From Azolla caroliniana (Eukaryota; Plantae; Polypodiophyta): a stretch of DNA of 64,000 nt. Shown piece after piece: positions 50,065-62,547 of the stretch. The first letter of the stretch is position 1, and each line of letters begins with the position of its first letter. A program made the translations under genes and the position numbers. The notes under the pieces were generated by a model. The model was not told the origin of the DNA, searched no databases, and saw nothing but the letters and a program-made list of their open reading frames with translations. The stretch spans positions 17,980,001 through 18,044,000 of the forward strand of contig JBHGNT010000016.1 of NCBI GenBank assembly GCA_043228905.1, in the 5' to 3' direction.

Positions 50065-50112
<48 letters not shown>

Positions 50113-51670
50113 GCAGCGTTCACTCTTGCGCTTCTCTCACGTTATATTCTCAGTTCGTTCTCCCACATACATACGCAGGTAATACCGCTATATCTATATA
50201 TCTATACGTATATATATATATATATATATTCGTCCATTCGTCCGAACTTCCATTCGGCGAGTCTCATTTTCGGCTTTTCGGCTGATTTCGGCCAACTGAG
50301 TCTCATTTCAGCTTTTCAGCTGACTCCCCCATAAGGAGGGACAATCTTACATAACAAACTCCCCCTTCATTCCTGTAGGGGGAGAGTCAACCAAACCAGT
50401 CCTTTGTCGACACACAACAAGTTTCTCCATAGATAAGATTTTAGTAAGCATGTCTGATCCATTTTTGTCAGTATGGATCTTCGCTAAGACAAACTCATTT
50501 TCTTCCACTCTCTCTTACAACCAATGATCTACCTCTTTGAATGTGCTTTGTACGAGAGTGATAGGCAGCATTCTTTGCAAGATGGATAGCACTCTGATTA
50601 TCACAATGAAGTAGGAACTTTTCTTGCTTCATTCCTAGTTCGCTTAGAAAATCTCTCATCCAAATCAATTCTTTTCCGGCTTCCACTACAGCCATATACC
50701 CAGCCTCCGTGGTTGACAGCCTTTTGCAATCTTGATTGCCATGACACAGCTCCCCCTGGATAAGTCCTCACATATCGTGATGTGGATCGACTGGAATCTA
50801 CATCACTCGACATATCAGAATTTGTGAAACCTTCGACCATAGGTTTCTCGGAGCCATATCTAAGGCATACACTCGAAGTGCCTTTGAGGTATCTGAGTAT
50901 CCATTTCACGGTTGCCCAATACTCATGTAGCGACTAACGATCCCAACAACAAATGCAATGTCAGGCCTCATGCAGACATCGCATACATTAGGCTCTCAAA
51001 AACCAAGGCATACGACACCCTCCTCATGCCAAGAGAATATATTGACTAGCTAGATACCAAGACGAGGCCTTCCTTTGTCTTAGTGGATATCTTCTTCCTT
51101 CAGTAACCAGCTTAGATTCGGTTTCTTCTGCCAGCTCATCTTCTAACTCAAATTCATGTGCATCAGTTGAGTGTCGACCGACTCAGGTTCAGCTTCATTA
51201 CCGACTGCTGTCTGTCGACGAAGGGGAATGCCGACTCCATGACAGTGGTCGACGGGGAAGATGATACTGGTTTTTGTTGTCTCCAGTCTTCAATCGTCTT
51301 CTCTTCCATGAATACGACATCACGACTCCTTACTACCTTCTTATCAAGAAGATCCCACATCCTGTACCTAAAGTCATCTTTCGAGTACCCCAAAAAATAT
51401 GCAAGGCTTGGACTTGCTATCCAGCTTTGACCTCTGATCTTTAGCAACATGCATATAAGCTAAGCATCCAAACACCCTTAAATGCTAGTAAGACACACTC
51501 CTTCCTATCCACACCCTTTGTGGGACATCCCCCTTTAGGGGCATTGATGGAGACCTGTAATACGACTTTGGCAATTTTGCATGCGACAACATGCTTCTTA
51601 CCCTTTTCATTATGGTCCGATTCATTCTCTCCGCTAGACCAAATGTTTGACTCTATGTTGTACCCATTCA
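49670..51670 (-). mobile_element. Copia D remnant (3' LTR at about 49670-50356; RNase H and INT fragments)
   Basis: PPT at 50357-50368; HCDNQSAIHLA; FLGYSKDDF..RSRDVVF. The LTR shares the GTGGAAAACCC..AAAAACCACGG motif with copia A and B. Confidence 0.8.
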
Positions 51671-52769
51671 AGTGAAGGTGTTTTTTGGACTATGCACATC
51701 TTCTTCTAGTTGAGTCACTCAAATTATTGTCTTTGAATTTTTTAACAAAGTGGTTCATACAATCTTATAATAAATATTGAGATATTCTATCACTCTTATG
51801 TGTGAAAATCTCTAACGATGCATATTTCATACGAATCCTAAAACATACTCTAGATCATCCATTTCACAACTTTCCTTGCTATCCCTAATTACTATTTGAT
51901 TGTAGATAAACACAAGCCCCTTTATAAAGCTTAACTCCTAGACAACCCCATGTTACCATGTTTCACAAGTCCTTATAGGATAACTAGTTTCCTACTTATC
52001 ACCCTTGACCCATTTAAAAGAAGCCTCACATTAGTCCATTTAGTTATGCTCATAATATTATCCTCATTTTCAAAACATTGCACTATTGCAATGACAAAAA
52101 TCAGAATTAGTAAGTTTGATTTAAGTAACTTACAGAGAAGTTATGGCATGACCAAAATCATCTCTTTTATTGATTCCTATTCATAGACTCATATTTCACA
52201 TCGTGACATAATTAAATTAATATACTAGACTACTAACATAATGGATGGGTAATTTCCCTTTGGGACAAAACAATGCAATTTGCCGTAAAATGCCATCAAA
52301 CCCATTATCAATGGTTGTAACAGAATAATCAGCTTAATTCGATGGAGTGACTCAAAACTTTTATATTTTGATTCAAACATACAAAAACAAAACCAGAATA
52401 TACAAGCAAATTGAAGAAATTAAAATTGAGATTTTTATTCTCATCACAACAGCCAAAGTAAAATTGAAGAAAAAGAATCAGGTGTCTACACAGATCTGTC
52501 AGATTTTCTCGAACGATATTAATACCTATCTTGCTTTCTTTATTACTACACAACAACAATGGGCATTGTGCAGCCTACATCTAATATAATATTTCTCCTG
52601 AATTCCAATGCTAAATATATATATATCCCATCAATTTCAATGTATAAATCTTCAATACGAAAAGAAATCTCGAGGACCCAATTCCATTGCATTTTTCTTG
52701 CAATTGTAAGCATGAGGTAGACATTATTTTAATACCCATCTCTCATCGTAATGTATTGGGTAATCCTTT

Positions 52770-55700
52770 TCAAAATGTGAGATCTTTCGGATCCTCAATT
52801 ATTTTGGCTAGAGTTTGCAAGAATGCTGCTAAATCTGCACCATATATTATCCGGTGATCAGCCGTCACGTTAACCTGACATGGTCACACAGAAAAAATTT
52901 GGTCATCAACTTTTTTTTTATGAGACATAAGAATTCTTCCTTGAGACGAGAGAATTTTTCCTATGAATATTTGCACACAATTTCAAAGATTTCTGCTTCA
53001 TAATACCTGCATCTGATTCTTGATCCCAATAAGCCCATCTGAGGTTGCCACAACAGTTGGTCGCGAACCACCAACAGCCATAATAGCACCCTTTAAATAA
53101 ATTAAGAAAGAAAGAATAAAAAAATGGTTCATGAAAAAACATTAAGAGCAAATAATGCAATAATATACAAATATGTGACAATGATAATAATCATAGTCAA
53201 GGCCAACTCACAGTAGCTGGTGGTAGGATTGCATCAAAACGATCCACTCCAAACATACCGAGATTCGAAAGAACAAAGGTTCCTAAAAAGAAGAGACAAA
53301 GCAAAACCACAAAATCTGCATTAGAATGCCTATGGAATCCAAGTAAAGTTTATTGCAGTTTAGAAATAATGCATCCATACACAAACATTGTTCAAGTAAA
53401 GTCGGAATCAAGAAGAAAGACGAGCAAAACTACAAAAATAATGCACCTATACACAAACATTGTTCAAGTAAAATCGGAATCAAGAAGGAAGACAAGCAAA
53501 CCCACAAAATCTGCATTAGAATTCCAAAGGAATGCAGTTCAGAACTAATGCATCCATACACAAACATTGTTGAAATAAAGTCAATCATAAACTTCGAAGT
53601 TCATTTATGTTCCTTACCAGTAGTATACTCATGGGGTTGTAGCTGTTTGGCCCTTGCCTTATCAACTAGCTCTTTCCACTTCCGAGAGAGAGAATAGATA
53701 TCCAACTGTGCACAAAAAACAAAGGGAATTCAAACGATTTCCTCGGGGCGACATGTTTATAAACTCCAATTTTTCGCAAAACAATAATTCAACAATTTCC
53801 TCAGAAGCAAGGCTTTGAACCCCAATTTTGTTTACCTTATCGGCATCTTGTAAGACAGGAGTGATTAGACCTCCATCCATGGCTACAGCCACAGCGATGT
53901 TGATATTAGCATTGTAGGTAAAGCTCTTGCCATCCTTGCACGCAGCATTAACTGCTGGATGTTGAACTAAAGCAAGGGCTGTCGCCTTTGCAAGAAGTGC
54001 TGTCATTGTCACACCCTTCGACTTGATCTGAATTAAAACACAACAGCGGGAATAAGTGTCATGGATCATCAAAATAGATGCAGTAGAGAGAATATGATTC
54101 TATCTCTAGCAAAGGACAGGCATCATGTGGCTATACAGTTTGTGCAAATCCACTCATTAATTATTAATCTGAGTTAGCAGTAGAGAAAAATTGATTCTCT
54201 CCTGACCAAGGACATGCATCATCATGTGTTAAAAGTTACAAACTAACTTGGGTCATGATCTGCCATGCTCCATGATGATTACTTACATGCATGCATATTC
54301 TCTCTAGCCCAAGGACATGCATCATCATGTGTTAAGTTACAAACTAACTTGGGTCATGTTCTGCCATGCCCCATGGTGATTGCTCTGCCATGCCCCATGA
54401 TGATTACTTACATACTCCCTTTACCAGGTACATGCAGGCCCCATATCTACATACATTATAACTACTACATGCATGTTGACCTGTCTTGTTCCCATGATGC
54501 TGATAACCCATAGAACTAAATTTCGCATGTTAAACCTTCCTGTACCAAAGCATTGACTACTAAATGCATGTTGACCTGTCTTGTTCCCATGATGCTGATA
54601 ACCCATAGAACTAAATTTCACATGTTCAACCTTCCTGTACCAAAGCATTGACTGCATCGCGATACATTTGTTTTTCTGCCATTTCTCTATGGCCATACAT
54701 TACCAACTGCATGCAGGCCCCATATCTACATACCTTACAAACTACTACATGCATGTTGACCTGTCTTAAATCCATGATGCTGATAGCCCATAGAACTAAA
54801 TTTCACATGTTCAACATTCCTAACCAAGGCATTGACTGCATCGGTGATCAGGGCTATTAAAAATAAGCATGCATTGACGAATACAAGATGCATTTTAAGT
54901 GATAAAGTCCATAAATACAACATGCATTTTGAGTGATAGAGTCCATAAAAAACAATATGCATTTTAAGTGATAAGAGTCCATAAATACAACATGCATTTT
55001 ATGTCATCTTAACCCAAGATAATGCTAGCCCATAAAAACTAAATCCCAAGCTTACCTTCTTGTAGAGAGCAAGATGCATAATTTTTAGGCGATCGAGTCC
55101 ATAAAATACAACATGCATTTTAAGTGATAAAGTCCATAAAATACCACATGCATTTTAAGTGATAAAGTCCATGAAAGACAACATGCATTTTATGTCATCT
55201 GAACCCAAGATGATGCTAGCCCATAGAACCTAAATCCCAAGCTTAACTTCTTGTAGAGAGCATCTACAACATGCATTTTAAGTGATTGAGTCCATAAAAT
55301 ACAACATGCATTTTATGTCATCATAATAACCCAAGATGATGATAGACCATAAGACCAAAATCCCAAGCTTACCTTCTTGTAGAGCGCATCAAGGGCATCG
55401 GTGGTGATGGTATACCCAACCCTAAAAGTAGGCACCGCCAAGCTTTCAACCATGTTCCGTGACACAGCATTCTGCATGGTTGAGAAAGGAACCACATTCC
55501 CTGGAACAATGCCTGGAGCTGTCTGAACTGGAGCAGGAGCCCGAGGAGGAGGAGGAGGTGGAGGAGGCAGGACAGAAGGAGCAGGGGCAGTTTTGCCCGC
55601 TACGGGGGCAGTTTTACCAGCTGCCACGGCAGCTTCAACATCTGCGGCCACAATTCGTCCGAGCGGCCCCGAACCCACAATGCTCGCCAGATCTACCTTC

Positions 55701-56395
55701 AAATCTTTGGCAAGCTTCTTGGCATATGGCGATGCGACAACCCGCTTACCTCCATCCGAAGCCGGGTGTCGGGTCGAGAACAAGGCGGCGGCATTATTCG
55801 GTTCTTGTTCAACCTTAGCAACAACAGGTGAAGGGGGGGGCGGTGGTGGGGCCGAGGTTGCAACCGGAATTGGGGCTGGAATTGGGGCTGGGGAAGGGAC
55901 CGGTGTTGCCGAAGCTCCTCCATTAGTTGATGATGAGGCAGACAAAGCCTTTGATTTTGCTTCTTCCAGCTCTTCTTCGGTCTCGGCCAGGATGCCGATG
56001 GCTGCCCCGACAGGTGCCACCTCCCCATCCCCGACCACGATGGCTGCCAATATACCATCATAGAAGGTCTCCACGTCCATGTCGGCCTTGTCCGACTCCA
56101 CTACTACAACGCTCTCCCCTTTCAAGAGCCGATCCCCTTCGGATTTCACCCATGAAACGATCTTCCCCTCGGTCATGGTGGAGCTAAGCGCAGGCATGAA
56201 GATCTCTCGGACCTTGGCGAGGACGACGGGTGATCGGCGGTTGCGGGCGGGGGGCAGCGGGAGGGAAGGTTTCCATGGAAGCTTGGAGCCACCAAAAACA
56301 GGGGAAGAAGAGGAAGAAGGGAGAGGAGGTAGTGTGGGAGTTGTGGGAGAGGCTGAAATTGCACCACAGCATGAAGGGGAGGTAGCCATAGCCAT
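52770..56395 (-). CDS. EMB3003: Plastid pyruvate dehydrogenase E2 (dihydrolipoamide acetyltransferase), 6 exons, 520 aa: 56395-55373, 54027-53836, 53705-53618, 53282-53212, 53090-53007, 52874-52770
   Basis: Ser/Pro-rich transit peptide, lipoyl domain (VVESDKADMDVE), E3-binding domain (ASPYAKKLA) and catalytic ADHRIIYGAD. All introns are GT-AG and the spliced length of 1563 nt is in frame. HPASDGGKR and the IIEDPKDLTF ending resemble the EMB3003 paralogue more than LTA2, from recall. Confidence 0.93.
54200..55372. repeat. Layered tandem duplications in intron 1 of the E2 gene
   Basis: About 35-bp units (CAACATGCATTTTAAGTGATAAAGTCCATAAA), about 100-bp units in three copies, and three copies of the exon 1/intron 1 junction. 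Confidence 0.9.
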
Positions 56396-56449
56396 AGAAG
56401 ACAGAATTCCCCACCTCCTTTTCCTAGAGCTATGATCTGATGCTCTGTG

Positions 56450-56820
56450 ATTTATATATATATAGAGAGAGAGAGAGAGAGGGAAGGAAGGAAGGAAGGA
56501 AGGAAGGAGTGATTCTTGTTCTTTTCTGTCCTAATGAGCTTTCATATGTATATATTTTATTTTTATTTATTTTCATGTATATTTATTTATCTATTTATTT
56601 TCATGCATATTTATTTATTTATTTTCATGTATATTTATGTATTTATTTTATATTTACTTATTTATTCTCATATATATTTATAGATTTATTTGTTTATTTT
56701 ATTTTCATTTATTTTATTTTTTTATTTCGTATATTTTTTATTTTCATATTTATTTATTTATTTATTTTATTTTTCATATATGTATTATGTATATATATCC
56801 TTTTTCTTTTTCTTTTGTAA
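56450..56820. repeat. Low-complexity upstream tract: (TA)n(GA)n(GGAA)n followed by TTTA-rich sequence
   Basis: Direct inspection. Confidence 0.9.
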
Positions 56821-56951
56821 AATTACACAATTATATTAATTGCATGTAAAAAAAACCCCTATTACAACTTGTTAGTCATCTTTACATACATAGAGAGATA
56901 CATATTCATAACATTACCATGAATATGTCTCTCAACATCCCCTAACCTTTC

Positions 56952-57230
56952 TTATAAGACCAAATGACGAATGTGATGTCCAACTAACTTACATACTTGT
57001 TTCTCTTCATGATTGAATATGCTTGACATCTCCAACAATGAAAATTGCCATAAAAGGAACCCTTTCAATCTCAACACATAACGGTGTACTCCCCTTTGTT
57101 CATCAAATATAAAAGCATTCCGCATATGCCAAATAAACCAAAGCCCATAATACCTCAAATATTCCAAAATAATCTGAAAAGAAGAGAAACCATTGTGATA
57201 TATATCCTTTTTCTTTCTCACATGCAATGC
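56952..57230 (-). pseudogene. LINE ORF2 C-terminal fragment
   Basis: GLWFIWHMRNAFIFD resembles the W.IW..RN..IF motif of plant L1 elements. Confidence 0.55.
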
Positions 57231-57536
57231 AATACATACTCATTTGATTGTGAGGGAGAGAAGAGAAACCATTGTGTCTTGACCCTAATTCACATTAGAG
57301 GTTTCCTATTCGTATGTCAAAAAGAAAGCTTGATATTCGAAATCCAGACACGATCGATCCCCTAAGTGCACCCAATAGTCATTCCTTGTTGTTCGCTTCG
57401 TCCTCCTCCTATTGCAAAGACTTGTCGGGCTGCCTCCTCACCCCCACGTTCACATGCTAACTAGACATTTGTCATGTGCCATCAGCTCAACCTCTGTGAT
57501 CAATCTGCCCCATGCCTCTCTCGTTTCTCTAGTGAA

Positions 57537-57709
57537 GATCCTCCTATCAAATGAGACTCTTGAAGATGCTTCTTGGTTAAAGTGTTCTAGATATGGGAGC
57601 TATTACAACCATCAAGTGTATATATGACGATCCTCCTATCAAAAGAGAGTCTTCAAGATGCTTCTGGTTTAAAGTGTTCTAGATATAGGAGCTATTACAA
57701 CCATCAAGT
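57537..57709. repeat. Two-copy direct repeat of about 80-90 bp
   Basis: GATCCTCCTATCAAA...CAACCATCAAGT occurs twice. Confidence 0.85.
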
Positions 57710-58749
57710 TGTGTTGTGATTTGACGTACGCACTGGAGAACACAATTACTAACCTTCACTATTCTAGATGAACTAAGATAAGAAATATATTGTAAGCAAT
57801 CTGATGTCCACGTAAGTTTACCTTTGGTGTAATAAGAGATGATTACAAGTGTCAAGGCACGATGCAAAAACTTTGTGTATTGCAACAATGACAATATTTC
57901 TCTTATCATTGTTATTTGCAATCCAATAAACTTTAAAGATAACTCTCTATTCAATGGAAGCATTTTTCAAACAATGTATCTACAAAGAAGGCATTATTGA
58001 TATTAATAGCTCATTAAAATCAAACAAAAAGTGAGAACCGATTATTGTTGTTGGAAAGCATTAGATTTGGTATAGGCAAATGCAAATTCTATAATGAGAA
58101 AATGCATTGGCTTATATGGTCCAAGATCTAAAAGGAGATAACAACAAAAGTGGAATGACTTATGCACAAGGTCATCAACGAAGATGATTGGTTGATAAGT
58201 TATGCAACTAGTTAGCTTTTTATGAAAAGAAGATTCATACTAAGAACTTAATAAATAATATTCATGGTATCTGGAATGGACAATGACACCATATCATAAT
58301 CTTATTATGGCCTAGAATGAATGGTCAAGAATCATAATGCTTTGGGGCAACCAACTAGATTGAGTTTCAAAAATTGGAGTCATTATTGACATCACATGCA
58401 TCTCTCTTAAATTTCTATGCATTAAAGACGTCCAACTTATTGCTAGCAAACCCATCATTTCTTATGTTTAGATCAAGTCATACTCTTGGCTCCATTGTGT
58501 GAGATATTGAGCATCACATGATATAACTATGAAACACTATACGCATAATGAAAAGAGATGAAGTGGCAGGATACATATGGATTTGAATAAGCACAAAGCA
58601 CCACCTTGAGGTTTATATTGCATCATGCTACTTCCCATTTGTATGGTCTTAATTCGCCCCTTCCATTGGATCATAGATGATAGTCTTGTTTAGGACAAGA
58701 GATTATGAGATGAAACCAATTGAATGTTCCATAAGCAACTAGTGCAAGA

Positions 58750-59674
58750 TATAGTGTTAAGAAGATCCACCCTAGAGAAAGATCGATCGGATTTCCGTGT
58801 GGATGTGTCAGAATAGGATGGGACCACCGGGGTTTCAGACTAAAGAGCCGGTAAGGGAAGAAGCGTTAGCTGGACTGGTGTCCGGATATCTCTCGTCAGA
58901 CTGTTGTTCCGGAGTCGGTGAGAAAAAGGGGATTATCCTGATTGGATCGGTATCCTATCCAAATCGAACAAGTCTCCTGATGCTTGACGGCGAGCACACG
59001 GGCTCGGCACACATTATTGGCTCTGGAATTGCGCCGGTAAGCAGGCAATGAGCACCCGGGCTCACACACCGAACACACACACTCGAACGGGAATAAAGCA
59101 GAGATGAGATCGCAAGCTCTGGACACGACAGGCACACAACAAAATAGAAATGACACGGAATCACTGGGTACGAACAGTGACTCGACAAACACTAATAATT
59201 AACAAAGGAAAATATGACTACAACCGGACGTGATCGGCAACACAAAGCTTCGAGCTCTCAACACTCACACACACAGATGCTAGTGAGCCTCCAATCGGGA
59301 GCACACGGCTACCAATGTGAAACGGAGGGCACAATGACCGGAACAGAGAGAGAGAAAGTTTGTAGAGCTCGGTCCGACAACACCTCCTTCTCTGAAATCG
59401 TGGATCCCAAAACAGTTCAAAGCCTCCCCTTTTATAGCCCAAAGGGGGAGCCGTTACATCATGTGTAAGACAACCGATTCCTCCCCACACATTCTTCATT
59501 CTTCTCTTTTCATGGAACATTAAAGTACTTATCAAATCCTACTACCTACTGCTTACCAATCCTATGTTATTTACATATGTTTGTACATAAAGACAACTTT
59601 GTGCGCATCCGTACACACCCCCGTTCCCGCGCTCTTTGGCCCCTTTCTCCTTGTAGCCGGAATTCCCCACGACA
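58750..59674 (-). repeat. Probable isolated LTR of another family of the Trp-primed lineage (left boundary approximate)
   Basis: GC-richer island ending CACGACA|ACGT, with a minus-strand CTATAAAAGG TATA like that of the G2 LTR. Confidence 0.6.
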
Positions 59675-60357
59675 ACGTCACGATGTATGGAAAACATATA
59701 TTGATGCTTGGAAGTGCACATGGAGTTGCTCATGCATAAAATGCTAAACTAATGGAGAAAACGAATTGTAAACACATGATGAAACCATAGGAAATAAGCA
59801 AGTACAATCGATTACCTTATGAGTAAGCTAACCTTTTATACTGACATTGGTCAATTTAAGATGTTAGAAAGACTACTAAGGCTAGAGGTTGGTCATGCCT
59901 TCTTCTTGTTAACTCTAGCATACGCATGAGTGGATGAGACACGCTAAAAAAATACTTGAGTAAATACCCATGAAATGTTTGTGGAGGAGCCTTTAACACA
60001 AAAATTGCTATGCTACATGATGAATTGATTACAAATGGCTATACCTTGGAGTTCAGCTGCCATAAAAAACACCTCAACGCCCACATGTATAGCTCCCATA
60101 GATATCTTCTCATCCTAGTGCTCACAAAGAAGTTTTCATCATAGGAGAGCTCAAACGATATGTCATGTCATTAGAGAAAATATAGAAAAGTGAGTCATCA
60201 AACTAAGAAAAAAGTTCTATTACCATCTTTGAGCTAGAGGATATCCCTATGGCTTTCTCATAAGATGTTTTCACAAAGTTTCCTACTCATCATGGATACC
60301 ACTACTCACTATGCCCTCACCACACAATGAGACTCAACACATATAGGCTCCTTAGCT

Positions 60358-62547
60358 TGTAAAGAAAAATGAGAAGGCACATCAGTTCAGTAATATACAT
60401 TGGTATGTCACAACTGGAGGGAGAAAATACAGAGATCGCTTATTTTTATATGAGGAGAAAGTTCCTCTTTATAAAGGCCAAGATATGGTTGTTGGGCTAA
60501 CTAGCTGTTGGAAATAACTAGCCGTTGGGCTAGCCGTTATAACTTTTAAACATTCTCAACACTCCCCCTCAAGATGAGCGAAAAATATCTACTAAGCCCA
60601 TCTTGTCACACAATCTAGTAAGACTTATTGGCCCAAGTCCCTTTGTAAGACAATCTGCTACTTGATGTACAGTAGAAACATGACTCAATTTTAATATTCC
60701 ATTATCAAGATTTTCCTTGATAAAGAATTTGTCGATTTCGATGTGCTTGGTCCTATCGTGTTGTACCGGATCGTTGGCAATGCTGATTGCTGACTTATTG
60801 TCACACCACAACATCATCTGATTTTCTTGATTCACCTTTAGTTCTACTAGGAGAGTTCTCAGCCATAACATCTCTGCAACTCCTATAGCAATAGCTCTAT
60901 ACTCTGCTTCTGTTGTTGACCTCGCTACTACTGACTGTTTCTTACTCTTCCAAGAGACCAGATTGCCTCCAACAAACATGCAATATCCTGATGTGGATTT
61001 CCTATCATCAGCACAACTAGCCCAATCAGAATCACAATAGCCTCAATGTTAAAATGACCATGTTTTCTAAAGATTAATCCCTTCCCCAGGGCACCTTTGA
61101 GATATTTCAGAATATGGTACAACGCATCCATATGATGTTTCCTCGGATCATGCATGTAGCAACTTACCACACTTACTACAAATGAAATATATAGACGGGT
61201 GTGAGTCAAATAAATCAGCCGACCTACCAATCTTTGATACCTTCACGATCAACTTTCTCTCCTGCAAGTTCAGTTAGCTTGATCTTTTGGTCGATTGGAG
61301 AAGCTACGGGCCTACAATCCAACATTCCAGTTTCTGTGAGAAGATCTAATACATATTTTCGCTGACATAGAACAACTCCTTCTGCTCCACGAGCTACCTC
61401 AATTCCAAGAAAGTATCATAACAATCCTAGATCCTTCACCTCAAACTCTTTACCCAATTGCACCTTCAATTGGGCAATTTCCCCTTCATCGTTACCCGTG
61501 ATAATTATATCATCCACATACACAACAAGTAATGCAATGTGCTCCTTGTGTTGTCAAAAAAACATTGTATGGTCTGCATTTATCTGTTGGTATCCCATAC
61601 CGACCATAGCCCTTCTTAACCTGTCGAACCAGGCTCAAGGAGATTGCTTCAATCCATGTCTGCAAACCCTACCTATTGTTTGAATTGTACCAAAAACTGG
61701 GGGGACATCCATGTACACTTCCTCCATCAACTCTCCATGAAGGAATGCATTTTTACATCTAATTGATGTAATTTCCAATCCTTATTCACTGCTAAGGAAA
61801 TAAGCATTCTAACAGTGCTCATCTTCGCCACAGGTGCAAAAGTCTCATCGTAGTCAATGTCGTATGTCTGACTATATCCTTTAGCTACCAATCGTGCCAT
61901 GTATCGATCTATTTTTCCCTTTGGGGTCTGTTTTATTGTAAACACCCATTTGCACCCAACCACATTCTTTCCTAGTGGTAGTGACACAATCTCCCAATTT
62001 TTGTTCTTCTCAAGAGCTCTGAGTTCTTCTTGCATGGCCGCTCTCCATTGTGGATCTTCTTTAGCAACCTGGCAACACTTGGTTAAAGTGACAAAGTTTA
62101 ATGATGCAGTGAAGGCTCTATGTGTAGCTAATATGTTAGACTAAGAGATAAATTGAGCAATATCATGAGGAAAACCATAACGATCAGGAGGGACTCCTGC
62201 ATTACTGCGAGAGGTCCTCCTAATCTTTATAGGAGAAGGAGAGGAAATCATATCACCTGTGATTTCTGGGTTTGGGAGTTCTGTAGGTATTTCAGAAGTC
62301 GAGGCAGGTCGGAACATGGAACTTGATGGCACATGTGTCACTGAACATGTGTTCATATTTCCTTCTTTCTGCCTCCTCTTCCTTGTATACACCTTTAGCT
62401 CCCCCTCAGCTTGAGTCCCATCACATATAGGCTCCTCATCTTCGTTTCCTTCTTCTTCCGTACCGCCTACGCTCACTTGTTTCTCAGCTGATGTACGGAT
62501 CAGTAAAGGAATTGATCCTATTTTTCTCAACCTCTCACCATTATCTC
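60358..62547 (-). mobile_element. Copia E (Ale-like) 3' part: short LTR at 60358-60561, RNase H and RT
   Basis: PPT at 60562-60571; SWKSKKQ, CDNKSAI, HQLDVK, GCKWVF. Confidence 0.88.

Noticed and set aside
55313-56395. Single-exon 360-aa protein
   Set aside because: The ORF runs into intron 1; the catalytic domain is in five downstream exons.
56440-56849. Hydrophobic membrane-protein ORFs
   Set aside because: They are translations of T/A-rich low-complexity sequence.
57710-60357. Degenerate LINE ORF2 around the 58750-59674 LTR
   Set aside because: Only a faint endonuclease-like word (IGLYGP..R..W..L) is visible amid many stops. Left unannotated pending a translated search.
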